A stretch of 64,000 bases of DNA from Hormiphora californensis (lineage: Eukaryota > Animalia > Ctenophora). A program made the position numbers and the translations under genes. Below the pieces are notes generated by a model. That model did not search any database. It was not told where the DNA came from and saw only the letters and a list, made by a program, of their open reading frames with translations. The stretch lies in NCBI GenBank assembly GCA_020137815.1, contig CM035350.1, forward strand, positions 7,998,001 to 8,062,000. Direction: 5' to 3'. Position 1 is the stretch's first letter. Every line of letters begins with the position of its first letter. Of this stretch, positions 1-10,600 are shown one piece after another.

Positions 1-150
1 ATTCCCGCCGCGCCAGCGGAATTACAGCGGAATGGGAGAAGAACGAGAGCAGAACGACTGCTGCCACAGCAGCAGCGACAGCGGAATGGGATCTAATCAG
101 GTTCTGTGACATGCGATTCGCAGCGAGATTTTTCTAAAAAGCCACTGGGA

Positions 151-1558
151 CCCTACCCCTAATCTAGTCCATCTCTCCGCTACCCTACTCCTCATCTACT
201 CCATCTCTCAGCTACCCTACCTCCCATTTACTCCATCTCTCACCTTACCTACCTCCCATTTACTCCATATCTCAGCTTCCCTACCTGCCATTTACTTCAT
301 CTCTCCCATTTACTCCATCTCTCAGCTTACCTACCTCCCATTTACTCCATCGCTTACCTTCCCTACCTCCCATTTACTCCATCTCTCAGCTTCCCTACCT
401 CCCATTTACTCCATCTCTCAGCTACCCTACCTCCCATTTACTCCATTTCTCAGCTTCCCTACCTCTCATTTACTCCATCTCTCAGCTACCCTACCTCCCA
501 TTTACTCCATCTCTCAGCTTCCCTACCTCCCATTTACTCCATCTCTCAGCTACCCTACCTCCCATTTACTCCATCGCTTACCTTCCCTACCTCCCATTTA
601 CTCCATCTCTCAGCTACCTTACCTTCCATTTACTCCATCTCTCAGCTTCCCTACCTCCCATTTACTCCATCTCTCAGCTACCCTAGCTCCCATTTACTCC
701 ATCTCTCAGCTACCCTACCTCCCATTTACTCCATCTCTCAGCTACCTTACCTCCCATTTACTCCATCTCTCAGCTTACCTACCTCCCATTTACTCCATCT
801 CTCAGCTTCCCTACCTCCCATTTACTCCATCCCTCAGCTTCCCTACCTGCCATTTACTCCATCTCTCAGCTACCCTACCACCCATTTACTCCATCTCTCA
901 GCTTCCCTACCTCCCATTTACTCCATCTCTCAGGGGTAGGAATGTTAGGATAAATGAGAGATGGAGTAAATGGGAGGTAGGGAAGCTGAGAGATGGATCA
1001 AATGGGAGGTAGGGTAGCTGAGGGATGGAGTAAATGGGAGGTAGGGAAGCTGAGAGATGGAGTAAATGGGAGGTAGGTAAGCTGAGAGATGGAGTAAATG
1101 GGAGGTAGGGAAGCTGAGAGATGGAGTAAATGGGAGGTAGGGTAGTTGAGAGATGGAGTAAATGGGAGGTAGGGAAGCTGAGAGATGGAGTAAATGGGAG
1201 GTAGGGTAGCTGAGAGATGGAGTAAATGGGAGGTAGGGAAGGTAAGCGATGGAGTAAATGGGAGGTAGGGAAGCTGAGAGATGGAGTAAATGGGAGGTAG
1301 GGAAGCTGAGAGATGAAGTAAATGGGAGGTAGGGTAGCTGAGAGATGGAGTAAATGGGAGGTAGGGAAGCTGAGAGATGGAGTAAATGGCAGGTAGGGAA
1401 GCTGAGATATGGAGTAAATGGGAGGTAGGTAAGCTGAGAGATGGAGTAAATGGGAGGTAGGGAAGCTGAGAGATGGAGTAAATGGGAGGTAGGGTAGCTG
1501 AGAGATGGAGTAGATGAGGAGTAGGGTAGCGGAGAGATGGACTAGATTAGGGGTAGGG
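151..1558. repeat. 32-bp minisatellite arranged as a large palindrome (head-to-head arrays)
   Basis: Unit CTACCTCCCATTTACTCCATCTCTCAGCTTCC repeated over 151-~932, then its reverse complement over ~955-1558. The divergent outer units (CCCTACCCCTAATCTAGTCCATCTCTCCGC) are mirrored at both ends. Confidence 0.95.
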
Positions 1559-1857
1559 TAGCTGAAAGATGGAGTTGATGAGGGCTAGGGAAGCATAGAG
1601 ATGGAAACGATTATGGATAGGGATTCCCTACCCCTAATCGTTTCCATCTCTATGCTTCCCTAATAGGGAAGCTGAGAGATGGAGTAGATGAGGAGTAGGG
1701 TAGCTGAGAGATGGACTAGATAAGGGGTAGGGTAGCTGAAAGATGGAGTAGATGAGGGGTAGGGTAGCTGAAAGATGGAGTCAGGAGTAGATGAGGGGTA
1801 GGGTAGCTGAGAGATCGAGTTGATGAGGGGTAGGATAGCTGAGAGATGGAGTAGATC
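1559..1857. repeat. Diverged continuation of the 32-bp minisatellite with a local hairpin (1586-1662)
   Basis: GGGTAGCTGAGAGATGGAGTAGATGAG variants; TAGGGAAGCATAGAGATGGAAACGATTA (1586-1613) is inverted at 1635-1662. Confidence 0.85.
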
Positions 1858-2228
1858 AAGATCAAGAAATATTTGATTCGGCACCGACCCTCTCTCTACT
1901 CCTCGATGTTTCCCGCCATGTTCTGCAGCTGCTGTGTGAGAGTTGAACGCGAGCGCGTCAATAACATGACACGACATGCAACACGACATGCGAGATGCGA
2001 ATTTCATTATTTTGAAGTTTTGTGGGGTTGCGATTTTTGTTTTAGGTCGGAGAGTGAAACGGCCGGTACAGTGGTAAACTAGATTAAAAACTGTACGCCT
2101 CGTTAGACGGCGATTTTTCCTATCTTGTCTGGTTCCTGAGATATGGCCCCCTAAAGAGTTGGTGTCTCAAACTGCTGAATCGGGGTCACGCGAGGAAAAT
2201 GGGCATCAGTTTGCGTGTACTGCTCCGT

Positions 2229-2405
2229 TTTTCACGGGACTTGAACGAGGGTGACGGCAAGAGTCTCACCTATTACATGGTATCCTTACATTGTGTATTA
2301 AATCTAAAATGACTGAGCAGCATGCTTGTTAATGAACCTTGACGTGTTTGCTTGTCTCGCAAGCGCGCTCGCGACTAGCAAACACGACATGCAGTTCACA
2401 CCCTG
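2229..2405 (+). repeat. Dispersed repeat, homologous to 43907-44089
   Basis: Shared blocks AACGAGGGTGACGGCAAGAGTCTCACC, TAAATCTAAAATGACTGA.CAGCATGCTTGTT, CGCTCGCGAC and AAACACGACATGCAG.TCACACCCTG. Confidence 0.85.
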
Positions 2406-2995
2406 TTATAAGAACTCCGGTCAGTTCTCATCTTGCCAACCCGTTTTCCGGGAACCCCTGGCCAAAGGACATTAAAATTCACATACCGACCAAGTTTCAT
2501 ATCGATTGGATAAGATTTTGGGTGGCTACGGTGAAAAATATCGCATTTTTGGCATTTTTAACTTTCCCGACGCGATTTACGACCCTTAAACATTGAGTTA
2601 CGGGAAATCGCTATCAGGTAAAATGAAGTTCAAACGATTCTCTTTCCCCACTATTGCGTTAGTTTTCTGATTTAGAGCCGTTTTCAGGGTCTTAGAAGCG
2701 TTTGAAAAATGTAAGTCTTTTTGTCGCAATGACGTCACCCCGTGACGTCACTGTTGTAAAGATCGGATCAAAAATCTGAGCCCGTACTTACACCCGCCTT
2801 GGTCCAAAGTACCAGTGTACAAATTTTCAGGGGTCTAGCTCAAAAACTGTAGGAGGAGTAGGGAGAAAACAATTATCGGACTAACATTTTGGAAATTATT
2901 ATATGGATTGTACTTCTGTAGGGTATCCAAAGTGTAGCCACGGTGGCTGCAGCACATCTCCCGCAAATCATGATTTACATTATTTCTCCAGGAAC

Positions 2996-5900
2996 ATGTT
3001 CCGGACAATAATTGGACTTGTGCTACTGTCAACAGTTGCTCCTTTCCCAGACAATAAAGGAAAGGACGAATCGTTGAATTCAATCACAGTTGCCGGATCA
3101 AATTTTCTCTGGTCTCGGGGGACCGAGGGTCAGTCCCTCACTAGAGATGAACCTTTAGTACACCCCTTGCTTAGCAACACGCCTGTACTTGCAGAACACA
3201 CTTCACCGCCTGATACCAATGAAGAGGGGCAACTTTGCCCAATTGCTGTTGACCGGGGGTTCCTAACCCGCGTCTGTAAGGAGGAACAGCAAATTACGAT
3301 ACGCCAGCGTGAGAGCATCTTCCAATGTATAACCTCACCCAATGTGACTTATACAAAACGGGGAATCTTCGACGGTCTAAAACGTCGATCCCGGACAGAG
3401 TTTTCTGTTCGCTGTCCAAATGACGATGCTATGTACCAGGCGTGTGGGGATTGGAATCATCGTCATATCCGTAACATAAATAGAGTTGAATTGTTTGATC
3501 AGCCGCCCGTTTGTGGCGTTGTCTGCCTTGATAGCATTAAAGGTACCTTTGTCCAAGAGGACGCCCAGGAATATAGTGATCGATCTGTTGGTACTATGGC
3601 TTTCCAGATTACTCTTCAAAATGGAAGTTTTGTCGAGGTGACATTGAAATCAGGAGGTGTTTGTGATGGGATATGTGACGATATCTGGATAGGCAAGAAT
3701 CTCAAACCGACGCCCAAATTGACTTGTGCTGAGGAGCGGGATTGTGGCGGTGAAACGGTGTACGGGACTATTTCTAACGACCTGGTTTTCATGCCGTTTC
3801 AAGGAATGCCGGAAGAAGGAATTGACCCTCCTTGGGATCCTGACACCCCTCTTTGTCGAGCGGTACAGGATTACACGTCATTATCTGCAAGCCAGTTTCC
3901 TCTCTATAACGGCTCTAGATGTTTTTTCACTACCAAAGGTAGAATTGACAATGCTATTTCTATGGCGAAGTATTTCTACTGCATAATTACTGCAATGGAC
4001 CAAACTAACTGCACTGATCCAGCCAAGGTTGGGGGCAGCTGTCTGGTGAGTGGTTACTTAAGCACAATTTCCATCTATGTGATCTGTAATGGCAACGAAT
4101 CTCCACAGTTGTGTGATGACGGGATCGAGCTGAAGTGTGTCAGGGATCGGTTGGCATTGTTTTATTCACAAACACAGGCTTTGTGATGGTACGGAGGATT
4201 GTGCAGGTGGTGTGGATGAGGGTAAAATGTGGTGCAGACTTACCAGCCACACTTGTAAGAGACGGTTTGGCAAGTTTTCTCAAATTCCCATAGATTGGGT
4301 ACAAGATGGAGTAGTAGATTGTGAGAATGGTCTCGATGAAGACGATAATTGGGAAATGTGCGGCAATGGCACCACTCTGAGGATTAAGGTGGATACGGGA
4401 CCGTGTTCTAACGTGTTTTTATGCCATGGCAACCAATTCTTGGAAACGTCCACCATGTGTTCTTCGAACCATAAATGCGACGAAGGGGCCTGTCGAAGCG
4501 CTAGAAGAAGGGTAAATATCGAGAATACCCTAATCCGATCTTTTGCACCAACTGAAACACTTAGAAATGAGGTTATTCTGGTGGGAAATGTCTGTAGCAA
4601 AGGTTTATCTTCAGTCCTCCATCATATGAAGGAGCAATGTAAACTTCGAAAATTTAACCACCCATTTCACCAATTCTTCGGTAAGAACCTCACAACATCC
4701 CTTGTCACGTCGCACCAGAAACAAGATTGTAGGTACCTTTACGGCGAGGCATATGTCTTTCACAGCTGTACTGGACTATGTAAAAATGCTGCATGCCCTT
4801 TGACCAGACCGGTGCTGCATAATTCCTGTCACAATCTCCAGGTAGCAGTTTACTCACTTAACACGGAGTTAAATGATGTAACATCGGTTTTTCGATATAA
4901 AACTGCACTTCATAACAACGTGTTTGTGTGTAAAAACCGGAAGTGTATTCTGTTTGAGAGGGTGTGTGACCTGGTTGATGACTGTGGGGATAGGTCTGAT
5001 GAGGATGCTGGGTGTGCCAATAATTTTCAGTGTGCTGATAACTCCTCGTTCTTACCTTTGAGTCAGAAATGCGATGGAAAAGTTGACTGCAAGGACTTTT
5101 CAGACGAATGCAATGACAGCTGCAGTAGGAAAAAAATTGAACATGATGCAATGGCTGTGAAAGCATTTATCATGGGAATCCTGGGACTTCTTATAGGATT
5201 GACAGCCTTTGTGAGGACACTTCTCCAGAAAATCCCAGAAAGAAGTGGGGCCTTCGTAAACCATGTCTTTGTACTTGCTATCTCCTTTGGAGATCTCTTC
5301 ACTCCCTGCTATCTCCTCAGCTTAACAGCTCTGCATATGGAAAACACAGATTTCTGTGTTAAGCGATTGGAGTGGATTAGTGGGAGGTCCTGTAATATCA
5401 TAGGTGTACTTAACACAGTCGGAGCAACAATTTCCTCCTTAGCTATGGCGGGTATAAGCGTCTACCGGCTTTATGGAACAACAAGAGCTCTCCGATACAG
5501 ACAGTCAGAAAACGTCTCCCAGAAGCTTCGACTGAAAATTTATGTATTCCTAATGGTCATAATACTTATCGCTCTAGCATTTGCATTAGTGCCTCTTTTG
5601 GATGGTCTGGAAGATCGATTTGTCAACGGTCTTGTGTTTTCCAAGGATGTAGCACTTTTCCTTGGCACAGTGGACAAGGAAAGGTTTTTGCAGATTGGTT
5701 ATGGGTACTACGGAGTAAGATACTCTGAACGTTCCCGACGGAAGGCCGATATTTCCTGGAGTACGATTCAGGGAATGGTCGCGGAAATGTTTTCTGCAGA
5801 TTATGGGGCTGTTTCTGGGAAAAAGGTTTCATTTTACGGCAACGATCCGGTTTGCATGTTCAAGTTTTTTGTCCTCCCCGATGATCCCCAAGTCGTCTTT

Positions 5901-6551
5901 GTCTGGGTCTACATCAGCCTTCACTTTCTCTGCTTCTTATCCGTGGCGGTGTGCCATATCTTAATTGTGGTCTTGTCGAATAAGGCTGCAGTTGCTGGGA
6001 CAGACCGCGACCGGCGCACTAAAAGTAGACTTAGTCGCAAAGTCACTTTGGTGTGTGTAACGGACTTTTGTTGCTGGCTACCTTTCCTGATTTGTTGTGC
6101 CCTCCATACAGCAGAGGTGGTGAATATGTCACCATGGTACCAAGTTTTCTCCCTCAACATCCTCCCCCTCAACTCTGTGATAAACCCACTTTTGTACAGT
6201 GATATAGGAACGAAAATTTTGGATGTGTTGCTACCTGCCAAAGAATGGATGGTGACCACTTTGTCATTATTCCGAACCCTGTTTCGTGGTATACCAGTCT
6301 TACCCGAAATAACTGATCATGTTGGCAACTCAAAGGATGATAATCCTTACCAAGAAAACAGTGATAGGGCCAGGGTGAAGGGAGAGAAATCTAGAGATGT
6401 CGATGGCACATCAAACGGTAATGAGATGACAATGATATTCCCTAGCAGTGGATCGATTATAAGGTCAGCTAGAAGTTGTGAGCTGTTTCAAGAAACTGTC
6501 TTTGATAATACGACTGCGTTTGTTCAAAGTTCAAGAAGAAGTAGTGCTTGA
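2996..6551 (+). CDS. Intronless LDLa-repeat class-A GPCR (GRL101/RXFP-like 7TM), split by one frameshift at ~4135-4142
   Basis: Signal peptide MFRTIIGLVLLSTVAPFP; Cys-rich ectodomain with LDLa motifs (LCDGTEDCAGGVDE, VCDLVDDCGDRSDE, KCDGKVDCKDFSDE); 7TM motifs ISFGDL, SVYR, TDFCCWLPF, LPLNSVINPLLYS. ORFs 2903-4186 and 4137-6551 join at ELKC/SGIGWHCFIHKHRLCDG. Confidence 0.88.
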
Positions 6552-6649
6552 GCATACTAACATTTGAAATTGAAATCAGAAAGAACTGCAAAAAACGAAA
6601 TTGCTTGCTTTTCTGATTCGCAAACTAAACAATTAGGGAAACAATTACA

Positions 6650-7486
6650 GGGGGGGTTCCGGCCGGAATTTATGAGGATTTTTGAGGTCACCTCAAAAAT
6701 CCTCATTTATTATTTGCTGGACAAGCCCTCAAAAATCCTCAAAAATCCTCAAAAATCCTCAAAAATTTTTCGTTCTATTTAAACATAAACACAGCAAATG
6801 CCTGATAAAAAACAATAATAGATTATATTTTAGAGGTATAAAATGCACTGATTATCAATCCAAGTGCTCTTGCCTGTGCTCTTTGGCTTCCCATACTTGA
6901 AGCACTGCTTTCTTTTAGCAAAGTTATTAACTTCACATGCTTGACAAGACCCCGGTGCCCAGATTTTCAAAATTTTAGATAAATACGATTTTCAGTCAAA
7001 TATGCTGCCAACTTTGTCCCAAAAATCAACGATTTTGCTGCCTAGTAAGATAAATGTCTAGAAAATTTTTAGAAATCATTTATAAATAATTTATAAAGTT
7101 TTCAAAAGTTTTAAAAAAGTGTCCCCACCCGGGCCCGGTCGGGAATCGAACCCGGGCCTCACGCGTCAGAGTGGAGGCAGCACAGGCAGCACAAATTTAC
7201 CCCATATTCATATTGACGATTTCGACTCATTTTGAGGACTTCTGAGTATGTTTTTAGGACCATCACCAGGGTATCTGGGAAAATTGTCTAACTGTTTTAC
7301 TCCTATTAAGGAATGTGTATGCCCAATAGTATGCGTAATCGTCAAAATTTTTGTAAAAACTATAAAATAATTGTTGAGGATTATTGAGGATTATTGAGGA
7401 TTTTTGAGGATTTTTGAGGGCCCTCATTAATTCGAAAAACGCTGGACAAGACCTCATCCTCATTAATTATTGGCCGGCACCCCCCC
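6650..7486. mobile_element. Non-autonomous TIR element (MITE) with poly-G termini and 8-bp TSD
   Basis: Ends GGGGGGGTTCCGGCC ... GGCCGGCACCCCCCC; TSD CAATTACA at 6642-6649 and 7487-7494; inverted subterminal AAAAATCCTC / GAGGATTTTT repeats. Confidence 0.85.
7113..7180 (-). other. tRNA-like 3' half (Pol III B-box) inside the MITE
   Basis: Minus strand ACGCGTGAGGCCCGGGTTCGATTCCCGACCGGG...TTTTTT resembles the T-arm of tRNA-Gly/Glu; no D-arm or A-box seen. Confidence 0.5.
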
Positions 7487-7663
7487 CAATTACATTTGTT
7501 GCGTGATATTTAATTTTAAAGTACCAAAATCAGCTGATAAATATTTTTCCTTTCGACCAAAAACAGCTATCCCGATTTAAACAATGAAAAACAATTATTT
7601 CCACACTGTGTGGTGGTTAGGGAAAGTGTCAACTGGGCCTTGTTATGTTCTAACACAGTCTAG

Positions 7664-10600
7664 CTAGGCAAACTGGGCCATCCCCCCCAGTGGAGTTTGT
7701 TTTGCATTATTATTTGCGCTCGATGACTCTTCTGGTTAACGAATAACGGTGTGTATGACTTGCACTATGCATGGAATAGTAAAAATGATATTGTGGAATT
7801 GTGATACGATCGAGGTGAAATTGCAACATACCGTTTGATGCGGGGTTAGGGTAGTCGGCAGAATTGAACTGTGTATGGATGGGCTCTGATCTCCTCTCTT
7901 GTTTCACCACGACCTGTGCAGCGGGGGGAACATCCCTCCTCCCTCCCTCCTCCTTTATAGACAACCTAGCATTAGGGTGTCGCTGAGCCAGGGCCCTGCT
8001 GTCTCTGTGTTTAGTAGGACTCTGTACTCCCTGAGGATTGATCGCCTCTTCCAGCATCTTCCGAACCGCTTTCTGGGGTCGTCCTCTTCGTGTCGTATAC
8101 ATCGGCTTCTTGTTCTCCGACTGCGGGGGGGGGGGGGGGGGGTCAATTGAATCCAAGGGAGCTACGTACAGGAGGTATTCCAGGCTAGGAGGTATTCCTT
8201 GAGTCAGTACCCATACAAATATTGTGTCAAAATGTGATTGAAATTGAACTTTAGGAGATACAAAGGCTGACATTTTGGCCCATACTACTGTGTGTTACCT
8301 ACCTGTATTTCCAGCATAGTACAATTATCCTCATCCGCTAGGGCAGTTGTTTGTAGTCTCTGGATGTACGGGTAGGTGTTCACCCTTGTCTGGAACATCT
8401 CCTTGAAGAACGGATCCGTCAGAGGCACCTGGGTGGAAGGGAAGTGGTTAAAATTTGAGCAAAGAAATACAGAAGAGTTATTTTAGGGGGACGGGGGATG
8501 TTGAGAGGGTCTGGCAAGGCAAGGGTGTAGCTGTAACAAACTCAAAAGTGAGGTATACAACTTCCTGTTTTACTGTACAATTTCTACTGGAGGACCATTA
8601 CCTGAGTGTCGTATCTCCTTCCATCGACCATTATAATATCGTTAGCAGAGGCAAATGGTTTGGCAGGCGGAATGGGGTACTCAGAATTCCTTGGAATGCG
8701 AGGTCGAGCTGCTGCCATAACTTCTGGATCGGATAAAGGTAGTCTCTTCCTCTCAACCGCTTCTCTGAAATATAATTCCATGCGTTAGTGATACAAATAA
8801 ATGGTGTGTTATGTTCTAACCCTCATGATCCCACCCTCCTCCTTAACAGTTGGAAGAGAGAGGGTCGAACAAGGCAAGTTCATGGTAGTAACACTACAAC
8901 ACACATTGTCACCATTTACCTGAGATAATCACAGATGGTATGAATCTTGGTTGAGATTCTGTGATCATTGTTCTGCATGTGCTTCTTGTGGGATGACTGA
9001 GATCCGAATTTCTTGAAGCACGTCATGCACTGATATCGTCTCATATCTCCCTTGGTTACACGAGGCCGGTACGATCTCTTGTATATGAACCCGCACATCT
9101 TGCACTTGACTGATATGAGGGGGGATGGGGTTATTTGTCTGTCTTTCAATGACAATGTTTGTTGTCAATCAATGACATTGACAATGCTGATGTGTGTGTG
9201 TGTGTATCGCGTAGCATCTCAGTAGTGCGCGCCGCCGCGCCACTCTCACCGTCCTATTAACTGCTGACAGGAGTACCCTTGGTATGGATTTTAGTAAGTG
9301 TTGACAGTAGGATACTTTAATGCTTTCTGGTGAGAATTTTTCGCGCCCAAATCCGGCTACGCGCCAATGGGACTGCGGAACGGTGATCACGTGACCTGAC
9401 CCGGTCTTGTTTTGGCGCTTGGTTTCAGACAACACATCTCTTGAGAAGATCACTCACTGTTTCAGATCAGGTGAAGTGTATGTGTAACACTGTGATTTGT
9501 GGATGTGTGGTGTATAACAGCAAACAACCACTCTCTGACAGTCGTCTGCAGCAGTAGTAACACAGTGGTATGAAGTTACACAGGCTCAGCTGTTATTAAC
9601 TTACAGGGTGCCGCGGCATCAAATGTTCCACACTTCAGTTCTTTGTTATCTTTCTCAGGTTCAGCAGTGACAATGGTCGGTTTGTGGGGAATACTGTTGT
9701 GCACATGCCTCACGTGGTCTTGTATGCCGGTGGGCGATTTAAACATGGATCCACACTCGTAACAAACGTGGTAGTGGATCTTGCGGAGAGTCCGCTGTCT
9801 CCAGTAAATACCTGATGATATGGGAGGGGAGGGGTTAGGGAGGGTACTGGGCCCAGCTGGAGGGGAGGAGGGGGACAGGGAGAGAGCTGGGGAGGGTGTA
9901 GGGGGTTAGGAAGGAAGGGGTTAGAGAGGGAGAGGGTCAGGACAGGGGGGTCAGGAAGTTGTAAACTGGGAAGTACTGCTTCATTTTGTGTAATGTAGTG
10001 TGTGTAGTATGCTAAATATGGAGTCTGTATGAAAATGTCAGTTGTTATTATTGTGTTCTCTCTGTATAATATAACAGTAAACAGCAGTGTCCAGTGTGTT
10101 CCAGAACTATTGACCCAAATGTGTGAGCAGTGTCTGATTGAGAGTGTACCAGGGTCAGTGTGTGTGACTGAGTGCAGTACCAGGGTCAGTGCAGTGATAG
10201 TATGAACTGTGAGCAGTACCAGGGTCAGTGTGTGTTTGAGAGTGTACCAGGGTCAGTGCAGTGATAGTATGAACTGTGAGCAGTACCAGGACAGGATAGC
10301 TGTTGGAAATCCATTGCACTGGTATCCATACACAGGTTCCTGTTAGTCCATACCACCAGTTCATCACCAGCATCAATCCTCCTAACGGTTAGGAGGTACT
10401 GCGTACCAAACGACTGGAGAAAGGGGGATTTGTTATTAGGCAGGGAGACCCAATAGTATAAGAAGTAGGGTAGGATAATAGGATATAATACGGTCACGTA
10501 TCCGGTGTAACGCCAGATAAGACGCTAACCAACACTACACAATCAGTTATCACTCACTGCCCTCACTATGATTCGCCCTCGTGCGTTACAGTGTCCCCGA

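Noticed and set aside
151-1558. CRISPR-like array of 32-bp repeats
   Set aside because: Units are contiguous with no unique spacers, there are no cas genes, and the context is eukaryotic.
7113-7180. Functional tRNA gene
   Set aside because: Only a T-arm/B-box is present; no acceptor-stem partner or D-arm.
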